Of a stretch of 44,726 nucleotides of DNA, positions 28,844 to 38,613 are shown one piece after another. The stretch is from an uncultured bacterium. Its GTDB lineage: Bacteria > Krumholzibacteriota > Krumholzibacteriia > Krumholzibacteriales > Krumholzibacteriaceae. Under the pieces are notes generated by a model. The model was not told where the DNA came from, did no database searches, and saw nothing but the letters and a program-made list of their open reading frames with translations. A program made the translations under genes and the position numbers. The stretch lies in assembly GCA_965371515.1 (NCBI GenBank), contig CBDUYR010000022.1:1-44726 (forward strand). The letters are read 5' to 3'. Within the stretch, counting starts at the first letter, position 1. Each line of letters opens with the position of its first letter.

Positions 28844-30062
28844 GGGGGAAGGTGGCCTCGAAGGTAGAAAGATCCTTCTTGCGGTCACCGGAGGAATTTC
28901 CGCTTACAAGTCCGCTTTTCTCGTCCGGCTGCTTGTGCGGGCAGGCGCGGTTGTCAGGGTGCTGATGACAGACGCGGCCACAAGGTTCGTAACTCCGCTT
29001 ACATTTGAAGTCCTCTCGGGGAATCCTGTCCCGATGGAGATGTTCGCCTCGCGCTCCGGCGCGCCTGTCGAGCATGTCGATCTGGCCGTCTGGGCCGACG
29101 CCGTAGTAATCGCTCCGGCCACGGCCGATTTCATCGGAAAGATCGCCGGAGGCCTCGCCGATGATCTCCCTTCTACTGTCGTCTGCGCGGCCCGCTGCCC
29201 CGTCTGGCTCGCTCCGGCGATGAACGACGGGATGTGGGACAACCCGGCCGTTCGACGCAACATCCAGATACTGGCCGATGACGGCAGGCGTATCATCGAT
29301 CCGGGTGAGGGGGACCTCGCCTGCGGCACGAGGGGCGCCGGCCGGATGGCGGAGCCTGAACGCATAGTCTCAGAGCTTGAGTCGTCCTTTGGTCCCGGTC
29401 CGCTCGAGGGCGTCCGTGTGCTCGTAACAGCGGGACGGACCGAAGAGGAGATAGATCCCGTCAGATACATATCGAATCGCTCGAGCGGGAAGATGGGATT
29501 CGCGCTGGCCCGTCGCGCGGCGGAGCTCGGAGCGGTGGTGACCCTCATCCACGGTACTGTGGACGTGGCGCCGCCGGCGGTGAGCGCCGTCAGCAGGATC
29601 GGCAGTTCCGCGGAGATGAAGAGGGCCATCTCGAAGGCATTCCCGAAATGCGACGTGCTGATCATGGCGGCTGCTGTCGCGGATTTTACGCCCGCCGCGA
29701 AATCGCGCGGAAAGATCAGGAGGGGCACGGGAGGGATGTCGCTCGACCTCGAGCCGACCGCCGATATCCTGGCCGGGCTGGCCGGCAGGAAGAAGGACGG
29801 CCAGGTCGTCGTCGGATTCGCGCTGGAGAGTGGAGACGGAGAAGCCTCCGCACGCAGAAAGGGAACGGCGAAGGGGTGCGATTACATCGTCCTCAACATG
29901 ATCGGAGACGGGACGGGCTTCGACAGCGAGACCAACAAGGTTACGATATTCAAGGGAACAAAGAAGATCGCAGGGACCGGTCTTGTGACCAAGGCCGAGG
30001 CGGCGGCGGCGATACTGGAGATACTGTCGAAAGACAGGCACGTGAAGAAAGCGGCCGGATGA
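28818..30062 (+). CDS. coaBC: Phosphopantothenoylcysteine decarboxylase/ligase (start uncertain)
   Basis: GGISAYK, APATAD, APAMN, LACG, TAGRTEEEIDPVRYISNRSSGKMG, AAVADF, VGFALE. Confidence 0.95.
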   Translation: MSSRRSRSKGEGGLEGRKILLAVTGGISAYKSAFLVRLLVRAGAVVRVLMTDAATRFVTPLTFEVLSGNPVPMEMFASRSGAPVEHVDLAVWADAVVIAPATADFIGKIAGGLADDLPSTVVCAARCPVWLAPAMNDGMWDNPAVRRNIQILADDGRRIIDPGEGDLACGTRGAGRMAEPERIVSELESSFGPGPLEGVRVLVTAGRTEEEIDPVRYISNRSSGKMGFALARRAAELGAVVTLIHGTVDVAPPAVSAVSRIGSSAEMKRAISKAFPKCDVLIMAAAVADFTPAAKSRGKIRRGTGGMSLDLEPTADILAGLAGRKKDGQVVVGFALESGDGEASARRKGTAKGCDYIVLNMIGDGTGFDSETNKVTIFKGTKKIAGTGLVTKAEAAAAILEILSKDRHVKKAAG

Positions 30063-30928
30063 ACGGCGAGAGCGATACACGGCGGGAAGAGATCATCAGG
30101 CATCTGAGGAGGCGGAGCTCGCTGTCGGGAGGCATTTTATACATGACCCACGGTGCACGGCATGTCGTGGAGAAAAAAGAGGCGCCGGCTCCCGCGGCCG
30201 GAGAAATGATCGTGAAGACCTCTCCTGTGAAGCCTCCAGCTGAGGATGTAAAAAAGACGGTGTCTGGCAGGGAGATGAAGGAAGGCTTCTCGAGAGATAC
30301 GAGGACTTCGTCCGATGGGGGACTTTTCGACGCAGCCGGAAAGGGGCCGGATGTCCTCGATGTCGGCCTGACGGAGCTCGAGAAGATGGTCGCCGGCTGC
30401 ACAAAGTGCGGGCTTCACAAGACAAGGACCAACGCAGTCTTCGGAGACGGGAGTCCGTCGGCGAGGCTCGTATTTATCGGAGAGGCGCCCGGCAGGGACG
30501 AGGATCTGCAGGGGGTGCCTTTCGTCGGCAGGGCCGGCAAGCTCCTCGACAAGATGATCGCCGCGATCGACTTCTCCCGGGAGGACGTCTATATAGCGAA
30601 CATCCTGAAGTGCCGCCCTCCTGACAACAGGAATCCGAAAGAGGAAGAGATCACCTCCTGCGAGAAGTATCTCGCGAGGCAGATAGAGCTTATAGACCCC
30701 GTGCTGATATGCGCCCTGGGAAGGGTGGCGGGCCAGAACCTGCTAGGGGCGAGGGCGCCTCTGCATGTCCTGAGGAAGGGTATACATCATTACAACGGGA
30801 TACGCGTCGTGGTGACCTATCATCCCGCGGCCCTGCTGAGGAATCCGAACTGGAAGAAGGGCGCATGGGAAGATCTGCAGATGCTCAGGGAACTTCATGA
30901 TGAATTGACGGGCGCGGGCAGGGAGTAA
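30059..30928 (+). CDS. Family-4 uracil-DNA glycosylase with N-terminal extension
   Basis: ATGA overlap with coaBC; CTKC, GEAPG, PFVGRAG, KCRPP, TYHPAALLRN. Confidence 0.9.
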   Translation: MNGESDTRREEIIRHLRRRSSLSGGILYMTHGARHVVEKKEAPAPAAGEMIVKTSPVKPPAEDVKKTVSGREMKEGFSRDTRTSSDGGLFDAAGKGPDVLDVGLTELEKMVAGCTKCGLHKTRTNAVFGDGSPSARLVFIGEAPGRDEDLQGVPFVGRAGKLLDKMIAAIDFSREDVYIANILKCRPPDNRNPKEEEITSCEKYLARQIELIDPVLICALGRVAGQNLLGARAPLHVLRKGIHHYNGIRVVVTYHPAALLRNPNWKKGAWEDLQMLRELHDELTGAGRE

Positions 30929-30961
30929 TAGGGTACGATACGGGAAGCGGAGGGCGATTGT

Positions 30962-32350
30962 ATGGCTCGGGATATGAATATCAGGACAGACACGGATATC
31001 ATCGAGAGGCTCCCGCCTCAGGCTATCGAGGCGGAAAGGGCGGTCCTGGGCGGGATACTCCTCGAGCCGGAGGCGGCTACGCGTGCGATCGAGGTCGTCC
31101 TGCCGGAGGCCTTCTACCACCCGGCGCACTCGAGGATCTACAGGGCGATGGTGGCCCTCTTCGTGAAGCACGAGCCGATCGACGTGATGACCCTCTCTGA
31201 GGAGCTCCGCAAGTCGGGCGATCTCGAATCGGCCGGCGGGATCGTTTTTCTCACCGAGCTTGTCGACAGTGTCCCGAGCGCGGCCAACATCGAGCATTAC
31301 GCGAAGATCGTCCTCGACAAGCACATCCTCCGGCAGCTGATCAGCGCTTCGTCCAATATTGCGCGCGAGTGCTACAGGGCGGAGACAGACGCCGGCTCGA
31401 TCCTGGACGAGGCCGAACAGAAGATCTTCCGCGTCTCGGAATCGAGAGTCAGCCAGGGATTCGCCCATATCAAGGACATCCTCAAGGAGAGGTTCGAGGA
31501 GATACAGCGCGTCCACGAGTCGCGCGAGAGCATCACCGGCCTGTCGACCGGGTTCATCGATCTCGACAAGTACACCGCCGGATTCCATCCGGGCGACCTG
31601 GTGATCATTGCCGGCCGTCCCTCGATGGGAAAGACGAGTCTTGCGCTCAACATCGCCCAGCATGTCGGCCTCGACGAGAAGAAGCCCGTGGCGATCTTCA
31701 GCCTCGAGATGTCGAAGGAGCTTCTCGTGCAGAGGCTTCTCTGCTCGGAGGCGCAGGTCGACGCGCAGAAGGTCAGAAGGGGATTCACCTCGGCGAAGGA
31801 CATCGAGCGGCTGACCAGCGCCGCCGGTCTCCTTTCAGAATCGCCGATCTTCATAGACGACACGCCCGCGATCACCACTCTCGATATCAGGGCGAGGGCC
31901 AGAAGGCTGAAGGTCGAGAGAGACATATCGATGATAGTCGTCGACTACCTGCAGCTCGCGAGGACAAGCGACAGGGTCGAGAACAGGCAGCAGGAGATCT
32001 CGTCGATCTCGAGGACGATGAAGGCGCTTGCCAAGGAGCTCCGTGTGCCGGTCGTCGCCCTGTCCCAGCTGTCGAGGGCGGTGGAGGCCCGCGGCGGGGA
32101 CAAGAGGCCGGTGCTCTCCGATCTCAGGGAGTCGGGCGCGATCGAGCAGGACGCCGACCTGGTCCTCTTCCTCTACCGGCCCGAGTTCTACGACCCGGGC
32201 GATCCGGAGAAGGAAGGGAAGGCCGAGCTCATAATCGGCAAACAGAGAAACGGCCCCACGGGCACCGTAAACCTGATTTTCGAGAAACAGTACACCAGGT
32301 TCCACTCTCTCGATACGTCCCACGTAGCCGAGCCGGACGGTGTGTTCTGA
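30962..32350 (+). CDS. dnaB: Replicative DNA helicase
   Basis: PPQAIEAE, AGRPSMGKT, FSLEM, DYLQL, SQLSR, SDLRESGAIEQDAD, KQRNGPTG; no intein. Confidence 0.98.
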   Translation: MARDMNIRTDTDIIERLPPQAIEAERAVLGGILLEPEAATRAIEVVLPEAFYHPAHSRIYRAMVALFVKHEPIDVMTLSEELRKSGDLESAGGIVFLTELVDSVPSAANIEHYAKIVLDKHILRQLISASSNIARECYRAETDAGSILDEAEQKIFRVSESRVSQGFAHIKDILKERFEEIQRVHESRESITGLSTGFIDLDKYTAGFHPGDLVIIAGRPSMGKTSLALNIAQHVGLDEKKPVAIFSLEMSKELLVQRLLCSEAQVDAQKVRRGFTSAKDIERLTSAAGLLSESPIFIDDTPAITTLDIRARARRLKVERDISMIVVDYLQLARTSDRVENRQQEISSISRTMKALAKELRVPVVALSQLSRAVEARGGDKRPVLSDLRESGAIEQDADLVLFLYRPEFYDPGDPEKEGKAELIIGKQRNGPTGTVNLIFEKQYTRFHSLDTSHVAEPDGVF

Positions 32351-32390
32351 GTGAGGGCGGGAGCATGAACCGCCTGACCGGAGGCGCCCT

Positions 32391-33179
32391 TTGAAGATCT
32401 TTGCAATGATCGGAAGATTATTCCTTGGATTCATCGAGGAGATCGGGGGAATATGTCTCTTGATGTGGCGCGTGACCAGGCTCGCTCCCAGGCTCTTCAG
32501 GAATATCGGTAACACCCTCGTACAGATGGAAAAGATCGGCATCGGCTCGATCCCGCTCGTTCTGGTTACCTCGCTGTTTGTCGGGGCAGTGGCGTCGGTT
32601 CAGGCGGCGTACCAGTTCCAGGGATACGTCCCGCTGAGGTTCCTCGGAGCGGTCGTCGGGAAGTCTGTGACCCTGGAGGTAGGCCCGGTACTCACCGCGC
32701 TTGTCGTCGGGGGGCGCGTCAGCGCGGCCATCGCCGCTGAGGTCGGGACGATGAAGGTCACCGAGCAGATCGATGCGATGGAGATGATCGCTATCGACCC
32801 GGTCGAATATCTCGTTCTGCCGAGACTCGTCGCCGCGACGCTGATGCTCCCGATACTCACCGTGTTTGCGGACTTTCTCGCGATCGGCGGCGGGATGGTC
32901 GTCGCCAGATTCGTCGTAGGCGTGAGCTTCAACACCTTCGAGAGCGGATTGACGATGTTTTTCAAGTACCAGGATGTTGTCGGCGGACTTCTCAAGACAT
33001 TCGTGTTCGGATATATCATTGCGTTCATGGGATGCTACCATGGATTCAGGACGAAGGGCGGGGCGGAAGGGGTCGGCATGGCGACGATGAATGCAGTCGT
33101 CTCGTCGTGCCTTCTGATCCTCGTCGCGAACTACGTGCTCGCCTTCCTCATATTCAATGTAATATTCGGGGACAATTGA
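32391..33179 (+). CDS. mlaE: MlaE-family ABC permease
   Basis: EVGPVLTA, AEVGTMKVTEQIDA, GGAEGVG. Confidence 0.92.
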   Translation: MKIFAMIGRLFLGFIEEIGGICLLMWRVTRLAPRLFRNIGNTLVQMEKIGIGSIPLVLVTSLFVGAVASVQAAYQFQGYVPLRFLGAVVGKSVTLEVGPVLTALVVGGRVSAAIAAEVGTMKVTEQIDAMEMIAIDPVEYLVLPRLVAATLMLPILTVFADFLAIGGGMVVARFVVGVSFNTFESGLTMFFKYQDVVGGLLKTFVFGYIIAFMGCYHGFRTKGGAEGVGMATMNAVVSSCLLILVANYVLAFLIFNVIFGDN

Positions 33180-33201
33180 TGGAAGGCGGAACGGAGAGGC
33201 T

Positions 33202-33972
33202 TTGAACGAGACCTGCGAAGGACCGATAATCAGCATCAGGGACCTCCACAAGCAGTTCGGTGCGCAGGAGGTGCTCACCGGCGTCGATCTCGATATCCTC
33301 TCGTGCGAATCGCTCGTGATCCTCGGGCGGAGCGGATGCGGGAAGAGCGTTCTGCTCAAGCTGATCACCGGGCTGATCAGTCCCGACCACGGGTCGGTCC
33401 TGTTCGAGGGAAAGGACATTACGAAGTTCAGCAGGCAAAAACTTTTTGATATGAGAATGCACTTTGGTATGCTTTTTCAGGGTGCTGCCCTGTTCGATTC
33501 GATGACCGTGGGCGAGAACGTTGGTCTCCCGCTGGTAAAGCATGGGCACAAGTCGGACGAGGAGATCAGGGAGATAGTGTTCAAAAAGCTGAGGCTGATC
33601 GGCCTCACCGACGTGTACGAAAGCTACCCTTCGCAGCTGAGCGGAGGGATGAAGAAGAGGGTCGGCCTGGCGAGGGCCATAGTGATGGAGCCGCAGGTCG
33701 TGCTCTACGACGAGCCGACCACCGGGCTCGATCCGATAATGGCCGACGTCATCAACAAGCTGATCAGGGAGCTCCAGCACGAGCTCGACATCACGACGGT
33801 CGTCGTGACCCACGACATCAACAGCGCGTACAAAATCGGCGACCGGATGACGATGCTGCACGAGGGAAAGATCATATATTCCGGCACGCCGGAAGAGACG
33901 AGGGGAACGGATAACGAGATCGTAAGGCAGTTTATAGAGGGACGCGCCGAGGGTCCCGTCAGGGCCGTATAG
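33202..33972 (+). CDS. mlaF: MlaF-family ABC ATPase
   Basis: GRSGCGKS, LFQGAALFDS, LSGGMKKRV, YDEPTTGLDP. Confidence 0.92.
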   Translation: MNETCEGPIISIRDLHKQFGAQEVLTGVDLDILSCESLVILGRSGCGKSVLLKLITGLISPDHGSVLFEGKDITKFSRQKLFDMRMHFGMLFQGAALFDSMTVGENVGLPLVKHGHKSDEEIREIVFKKLRLIGLTDVYESYPSQLSGGMKKRVGLARAIVMEPQVVLYDEPTTGLDPIMADVINKLIRELQHELDITTVVVTHDINSAYKIGDRMTMLHEGKIIYSGTPEETRGTDNEIVRQFIEGRAEGPVRAV

Positions 33973-34006
33973 GCCTCGGGATACGGGTGAATAGCAGGAG
34001 AGGCAG

Positions 34007-34900
34007 ATGGAATACAAAGCACTCGAGCTGAAAGTCGGATTCACGGTCTTCATCGCGATACTCGTCTTCTCGGTAGGGATGATGTGGCTCGAAGGTTTCA
34101 AGCTGCGCGGCGAATGGTATGAGATACACGCGGTATTCCCGATGGTGGGAGGTGTCACCTCCGGCGATGCCGTCAACGTGAACGGTGTCGAGAGGGGCGA
34201 AGTCACCAGGGTCACGCTGCGCGAGCGAGACGTGATCGTGTCGATGTCGATCGATATAGAGACGAAGATCCCCGAGGACTCGAGGGTCGTCCTGCAGACG
34301 CAGGGGATCATGGGCGACAGGATCGTAACGATCATCGTAGGCCGGTCCGAGGTGCTGATGGAGCCGGGTTCGATGATCGAGGGCGTGTACGATCCGGGGG
34401 TCTCCGAGGCGCTGGCGTCGATGGGAAAGGTCATGGAGGATCTTCACTGGCTGGCCGCCGACATACGGGAGATCGCCAAGGTCCTCAGGGGAGAGGAGAT
34501 CGCTGAGACGCTGAAAAACCTCGCCGAAGCCAGCGAGCAGATCAGCATTATGATAAGTGATCTTTCGCCGGAACTGAAGACGGGAGTCGCCGCATTCAGC
34601 TCATCCGCAGTCAGGGCCGACTCGCTGATGGCGCGCAACGAGTCGAGGCTCGACAGCATCATCGTGAACCTCGACGAGGCGGCGAAGAAGCTGCCCGATC
34701 TCGCTGCCAGCGTCGGCGAGCTGACCGCCGCGCTGAAGGACGTGACGGACAAGCTCAACAACACCGACAGCACTATGGGTGCTCTGTTGAATGACAAGGA
34801 GCTGCTATACAAGCTCGAATCGGCCATCACCGGGCTCGACGAGCTTGTAACCGACATAAAGGCAAACCCGAAGAAGTATCTGAAGATCGAGGTGTTCTGA
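34007..34900 (+). CDS. mlaD: MlaD/MCE-family protein with long helical C-terminus
   Basis: N-terminal TM (ELKVGF), MCE motifs GDAVNVNGVERGEV and GIMGD, terminal NPKKY...F. Confidence 0.85.
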   Translation: MEYKALELKVGFTVFIAILVFSVGMMWLEGFKLRGEWYEIHAVFPMVGGVTSGDAVNVNGVERGEVTRVTLRERDVIVSMSIDIETKIPEDSRVVLQTQGIMGDRIVTIIVGRSEVLMEPGSMIEGVYDPGVSEALASMGKVMEDLHWLAADIREIAKVLRGEEIAETLKNLAEASEQISIMISDLSPELKTGVAAFSSSAVRADSLMARNESRLDSIIVNLDEAAKKLPDLAASVGELTAALKDVTDKLNNTDSTMGALLNDKELLYKLESAITGLDELVTDIKANPKKYLKIEVF

Positions 34901-35616
34901 TGAATGACGAGAAGATCGTATGCCTCGTCGCGGCGGCGGGGAAAGGCAAGAGGTTCGGGAGGGAAACGCCGAAGACGTTTCATCCGGTCGCGGGCCTGAC
35001 GCTGCTCGTCAGGTCGCTGAAGAGCCTGAGCACCTGGGACGGGATATCGCGTTTTGTGGTGATGGTTCCGGAGGGATGGGAGCAGCAGGCCGAGAAGGAT
35101 ATCGCTGAAAACTTCTCCGGCATAGAAGCCGTGGTGATGGTCGGCGGGGAGACGAGGCAGGAGTCGGTCGCGATAGGCCTCGAGGCGGCGGGCGACGCTG
35201 ATATCGTCCTCGTGCACGATGCGGCGAGGCCGTTCGTGTCGCCGGCACTGATAGAGCGCGTGGTCGCGGGCGTGCGGGAGACGGGAGCCGCAGTGCCGGC
35301 CCTTCACATGACCGACACCCTCGGGAGGCTGAGGGGGGAGGAACTCGACGCGATCGTGCCGAGGGACCGGGTGGTCGGAATACAGACCCCGCAGGGATTC
35401 AGGACTGAAGTTTTGAGGAAGGCGTTCGAAGCCGCCGAAGGATCGGAGCAGAAGATGACAGACGAGAGCTCCCTCGTGCTTGCCGCGGGGATGCCGGTCA
35501 AGGTCGTCGACGGCGAGAGATGGAACGTCAAGGTAACAGTAAAGGAAGACCTCGAGATAGTGACGAGTTTTCTCTCGGGCTCCGGGCACGAGTTTATCGA
35601 TTCGGATGTAGACTGA
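34900..35616 (+). CDS. ispD: 2-C-methyl-D-erythritol 4-phosphate cytidylyltransferase
   Basis: AAGKGKRFG, GGETRQESV, VHDAARPF, QTPQGF, NVKVT. Confidence 0.95.
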   Translation: MNDEKIVCLVAAAGKGKRFGRETPKTFHPVAGLTLLVRSLKSLSTWDGISRFVVMVPEGWEQQAEKDIAENFSGIEAVVMVGGETRQESVAIGLEAAGDADIVLVHDAARPFVSPALIERVVAGVRETGAAVPALHMTDTLGRLRGEELDAIVPRDRVVGIQTPQGFRTEVLRKAFEAAEGSEQKMTDESSLVLAAGMPVKVVDGERWNVKVTVKEDLEIVTSFLSGSGHEFIDSDVD

Positions 35617-35631
35617 GCCGAGGCGGCGGGA

Positions 35632-36105
35632 ATGAGAATAGGAATAGGATACGACATACATCCTCTGGTCGAGGGGAGGCCGCTCGTGCTCGGCGGAGTG
35701 CGTCTCCAATATGAGATGGGCCTTGCCGGCCACTCGGATGCCGACGTGCTCGTCCATGCCCTCTGCGACGCGATACTCGGTGCGATCTGCGAGGGCGATC
35801 TCGGCCGGCATTTCCCCGAGACGGAGGAATACAGGGATATCAACAGCCTCAGGATCCTCGAGAAAGTGGCGGCGATGGCGGCGGAGAAGGGATACAGGCT
35901 GGTCAACGCCGACTGTATCGTCCACGCCGAGCAGCCGGCGATATCTCCCCACTCGGCGGCCATGGCGGCGGCGATGGCAGAGGCAGCAGGAACAGATCCC
36001 GGAAGGATCTCGGTGAAGGCGACACGGGGAGAGGGTCTCGGGCCGGTCGGCGAGAAGCGCGCAATAGCGGCGAGGGCTGTCGTCCTGCTCGAAGAGACAG
36101 CCTGA
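35632..36105 (+). CDS. ispF: 2-C-methyl-D-erythritol 2,4-cyclodiphosphate synthase
   Basis: MRIGIGYDIH, GHSDADVLVHA, GDLGRHFP, SVKAT. Confidence 0.97.
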   Translation: MRIGIGYDIHPLVEGRPLVLGGVRLQYEMGLAGHSDADVLVHALCDAILGAICEGDLGRHFPETEEYRDINSLRILEKVAAMAAEKGYRLVNADCIVHAEQPAISPHSAAMAAAMAEAAGTDPGRISVKATRGEGLGPVGEKRAIAARAVVLLEETA

Positions 36106-36121
36106 AGAAAGGTATGGAGAT

Positions 36122-37570
36122 TTGTCAGATATCAGAGTGAGATTCGCTCCCAGTCCTACCGGCCGCCTGCACATAGGTGGAGCGAGGACGGCCCTTTTCA
36201 ACTGGCTCTTCGCCAGGCACGATGGCGGGAGTTTCATACTGAGGATAGAGGATACGGACCTCGAGCGGTCGAGCGGAGAACTCGAACAGGGCCTACTCGA
36301 CGACATCCGATGGCTCGGTCTCGAATGGGACGAGGGCCCCGGGAAAGACGGCGGGCACGGTCCCTACCGGCAGTCGGAGCGCAGGAAGATATATGGGGAT
36401 TGCGTTGAAAAACTCGTCGATGCGGGCAGGGCTTATCCCTGTTTCTGTACCGAGGATGAGCTCGAGAATAAACGCGAGGCGGCGAAGGCGGATGGACGCT
36501 CCCCGAGGTACGACGGCACGTGCAGGAACTTCGGAGAGGATGAGCGAAAGCAGAAAAGAGAGGCCGGTCTGCCGGAGAGCGTGAGGTTTCTCGTCGACGG
36601 CGATGAAGTGAGGACGGTCGAGGATATGGCAAGGGGGGAAGTCGAGTTCCCTCCCGACATGGTCGGCGACTTCGTCATAATGCGTTCGAACGGGATGCCG
36701 ACATACAACTTCGCCGTAGCGGTCGACGACGGGCATATGGGGATCACCCACGTCATAAGGGGAGCGGAACACCTGTCGAACACGGTACGCCAGCTTCTCA
36801 TCTACGAGGCGCTCGGGATGGAGGTCCCGCGATTCGCGCATATCCCCCTGATACTTGGAAGCGACAGGGCGAAGCTGAGCAAGAGGCACGGCGCGCCCAA
36901 CATAGAGGATTACAGGAAGCGGGGATATCCGCCGGAGGCGCTCGTCAACTACCTCGCCTTCCTCGGGTGGTCTACGAAGGGCGAGAACGAGATACTGTCG
37001 ATCGACGATCTCGTCTCCGAGTTCGAACTGTCGCGTGTGTCGGACAGCCCGAGTATCTTCGACGAGGACAAACTGAACTGGGTCAGCGCAAACCATATTC
37101 GCCAGGGCGGCGCGGAGCGCTACTTCGAGCAGGCGTTTCCATTCTTTCCGGAACCGATGCGCGCGAGATACGGCCGTGACGAACTGGCGCGGATCTTCGA
37201 CATAGTATCGGAGAACCTGCCCTGTTTCGAGAGGCTCACGGACGAGTCGGCGCCGTTCATGCCGGGTCCGCCCGAATACGATGACGATGTGCTCGAGGCG
37301 ATGTCCGGCTCGGACGGACTGCTCGCCGCTCTGAAGGATAAGTTTTCAGCACTTTCCGACTGGAGCGAGGGACCGGTCAAGACGGTCATAAAGGAAACCG
37401 GTAAAGAGACGGGAATAAAGGGCAAGGGACTTTACATGCCACTGAGGATAGCGGTCACGGGGATGGAGCACGGGCCGGACCTCTCGTCGATACTGGTCAT
37501 CAGGGGCAGAGAAGATATCACTGGTTCGATCGGTGCCGCCATAGAGCGTGTTTCGAGGCAGGGGGGATGA
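36122..37570 (+). CDS. gltX: Glutamate--tRNA ligase
   Basis: RFAPSPTG-HIGG, LRIEDTD, YPCFC, KLSKRHG. Confidence 0.96.
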   Translation: MSDIRVRFAPSPTGRLHIGGARTALFNWLFARHDGGSFILRIEDTDLERSSGELEQGLLDDIRWLGLEWDEGPGKDGGHGPYRQSERRKIYGDCVEKLVDAGRAYPCFCTEDELENKREAAKADGRSPRYDGTCRNFGEDERKQKREAGLPESVRFLVDGDEVRTVEDMARGEVEFPPDMVGDFVIMRSNGMPTYNFAVAVDDGHMGITHVIRGAEHLSNTVRQLLIYEALGMEVPRFAHIPLILGSDRAKLSKRHGAPNIEDYRKRGYPPEALVNYLAFLGWSTKGENEILSIDDLVSEFELSRVSDSPSIFDEDKLNWVSANHIRQGGAERYFEQAFPFFPEPMRARYGRDELARIFDIVSENLPCFERLTDESAPFMPGPPEYDDDVLEAMSGSDGLLAALKDKFSALSDWSEGPVKTVIKETGKETGIKGKGLYMPLRIAVTGMEHGPDLSSILVIRGREDITGSIGAAIERVSRQGG

Positions 37571-38601
37571 TGAGCAGAAGGAAAAAGATGAATATCGCGG
37601 TCCTGATGGGAGGGCTGTCAGAGGAGAGAGAGGTCTCCCTCGTAAGCGGGCAGGGCGTGCTCGAGGCGCTCCGAAGGAGCGGGCACGATGTCTGCCCCGT
37701 CGACCCGGCGCTCCCGGCTGCGGATCAGGCCGATTCCTGCCTCGCTGTGATAGGGGACACGCCGCCCGAGGCGATTCCCGCCCTTCCGGCCGACAGGGTC
37801 TTCGATTGGCTCAAGCTCCCGAGGATCCTCGAGGCGGATCTCGTTTTCATCGGACTCCATGGCGGAGCCGGAGAGGACGGCACTGTACAGGCACTGCTCG
37901 AGACGGCGGGCAAGGCTTACACCGGCACCGGAGTGCTCGGCAGCGCGCTCGCGATGAACAAGGACAGGGCAAAGGCCCTTTTCAGCGAGGCGGGCGTACA
38001 GACCGCCCCGCACCTGCTGACGAGCGGCGCCGGCGACGTGGAGTTTCACCGCATCAAGGAGACGATCGAGGCGGGAATCGGATTCCCCGTCATCATAAAG
38101 CCGAACGACCAGGGCTCAAGCGTCGGGTTCTCCTTCGTCGAGAAGCCCGAAGATCTTGCCGCCGCACTCGGCGAATCGGCGCAGTTCGGCAGCGAGCTGC
38201 TCGTCGAGAGATACATACCGGGCAGGGAGGTGACCGCTGCCGTGCTCGAGGGAGAGGCCCTGCCGCTGGTCGAGATCATCCCGGAAGGCGGGTTTTACGA
38301 TTACACGAGGAAATACACGAAGGGAACGAGCAGGTACGAGGTCCCCGCGAAGGTGGGCAGATCGATCGAAGAGCGGATAAAGCGCGAGGCTCTCCTCGCC
38401 TGGAACGCGCTCGGCTGCAGGGATTATGCGAGGGTAGATTTCCGGCTGAGCGAGGAAGGTGAGCCATACTGCCTCGAGGTCAACACGCTGCCGGGGATGA
38501 CCGAGCTCAGTCTTGTTCCCATGGCAGCGGCCGAGGCCGGCCTGTCGTTCGAAGAGCTCGTAGAGAGGATATGCCTGATGGCCCGCGAGAGGGGCAGATA
38601 G
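37567..38601 (+). CDS. ddl: D-alanine--D-alanine ligase
   Basis: GGLSEEREVS, LHGGAGEDG, GSSVG, FYDYTRKY, LEVNTLPGMT. Confidence 0.95.
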   Translation: MMSRRKKMNIAVLMGGLSEEREVSLVSGQGVLEALRRSGHDVCPVDPALPAADQADSCLAVIGDTPPEAIPALPADRVFDWLKLPRILEADLVFIGLHGGAGEDGTVQALLETAGKAYTGTGVLGSALAMNKDRAKALFSEAGVQTAPHLLTSGAGDVEFHRIKETIEAGIGFPVIIKPNDQGSSVGFSFVEKPEDLAAALGESAQFGSELLVERYIPGREVTAAVLEGEALPLVEIIPEGGFYDYTRKYTKGTSRYEVPAKVGRSIEERIKREALLAWNALGCRDYARVDFRLSEEGEPYCLEVNTLPGMTELSLVPMAAAEAGLSFEELVERICLMARERGR

Positions 38602-38613
38602 CGAGGGGAAGAT

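Noticed and set aside
30962..32350. Intein in DnaB
   Set aside because: Length is normal (462 aa) and helicase motifs are contiguous
37567..38601. D-Ala-D-Lac (vancomycin-resistance type) ligase
   Set aside because: The omega loop has Tyr (YDYTRKY) and no van genes are nearby
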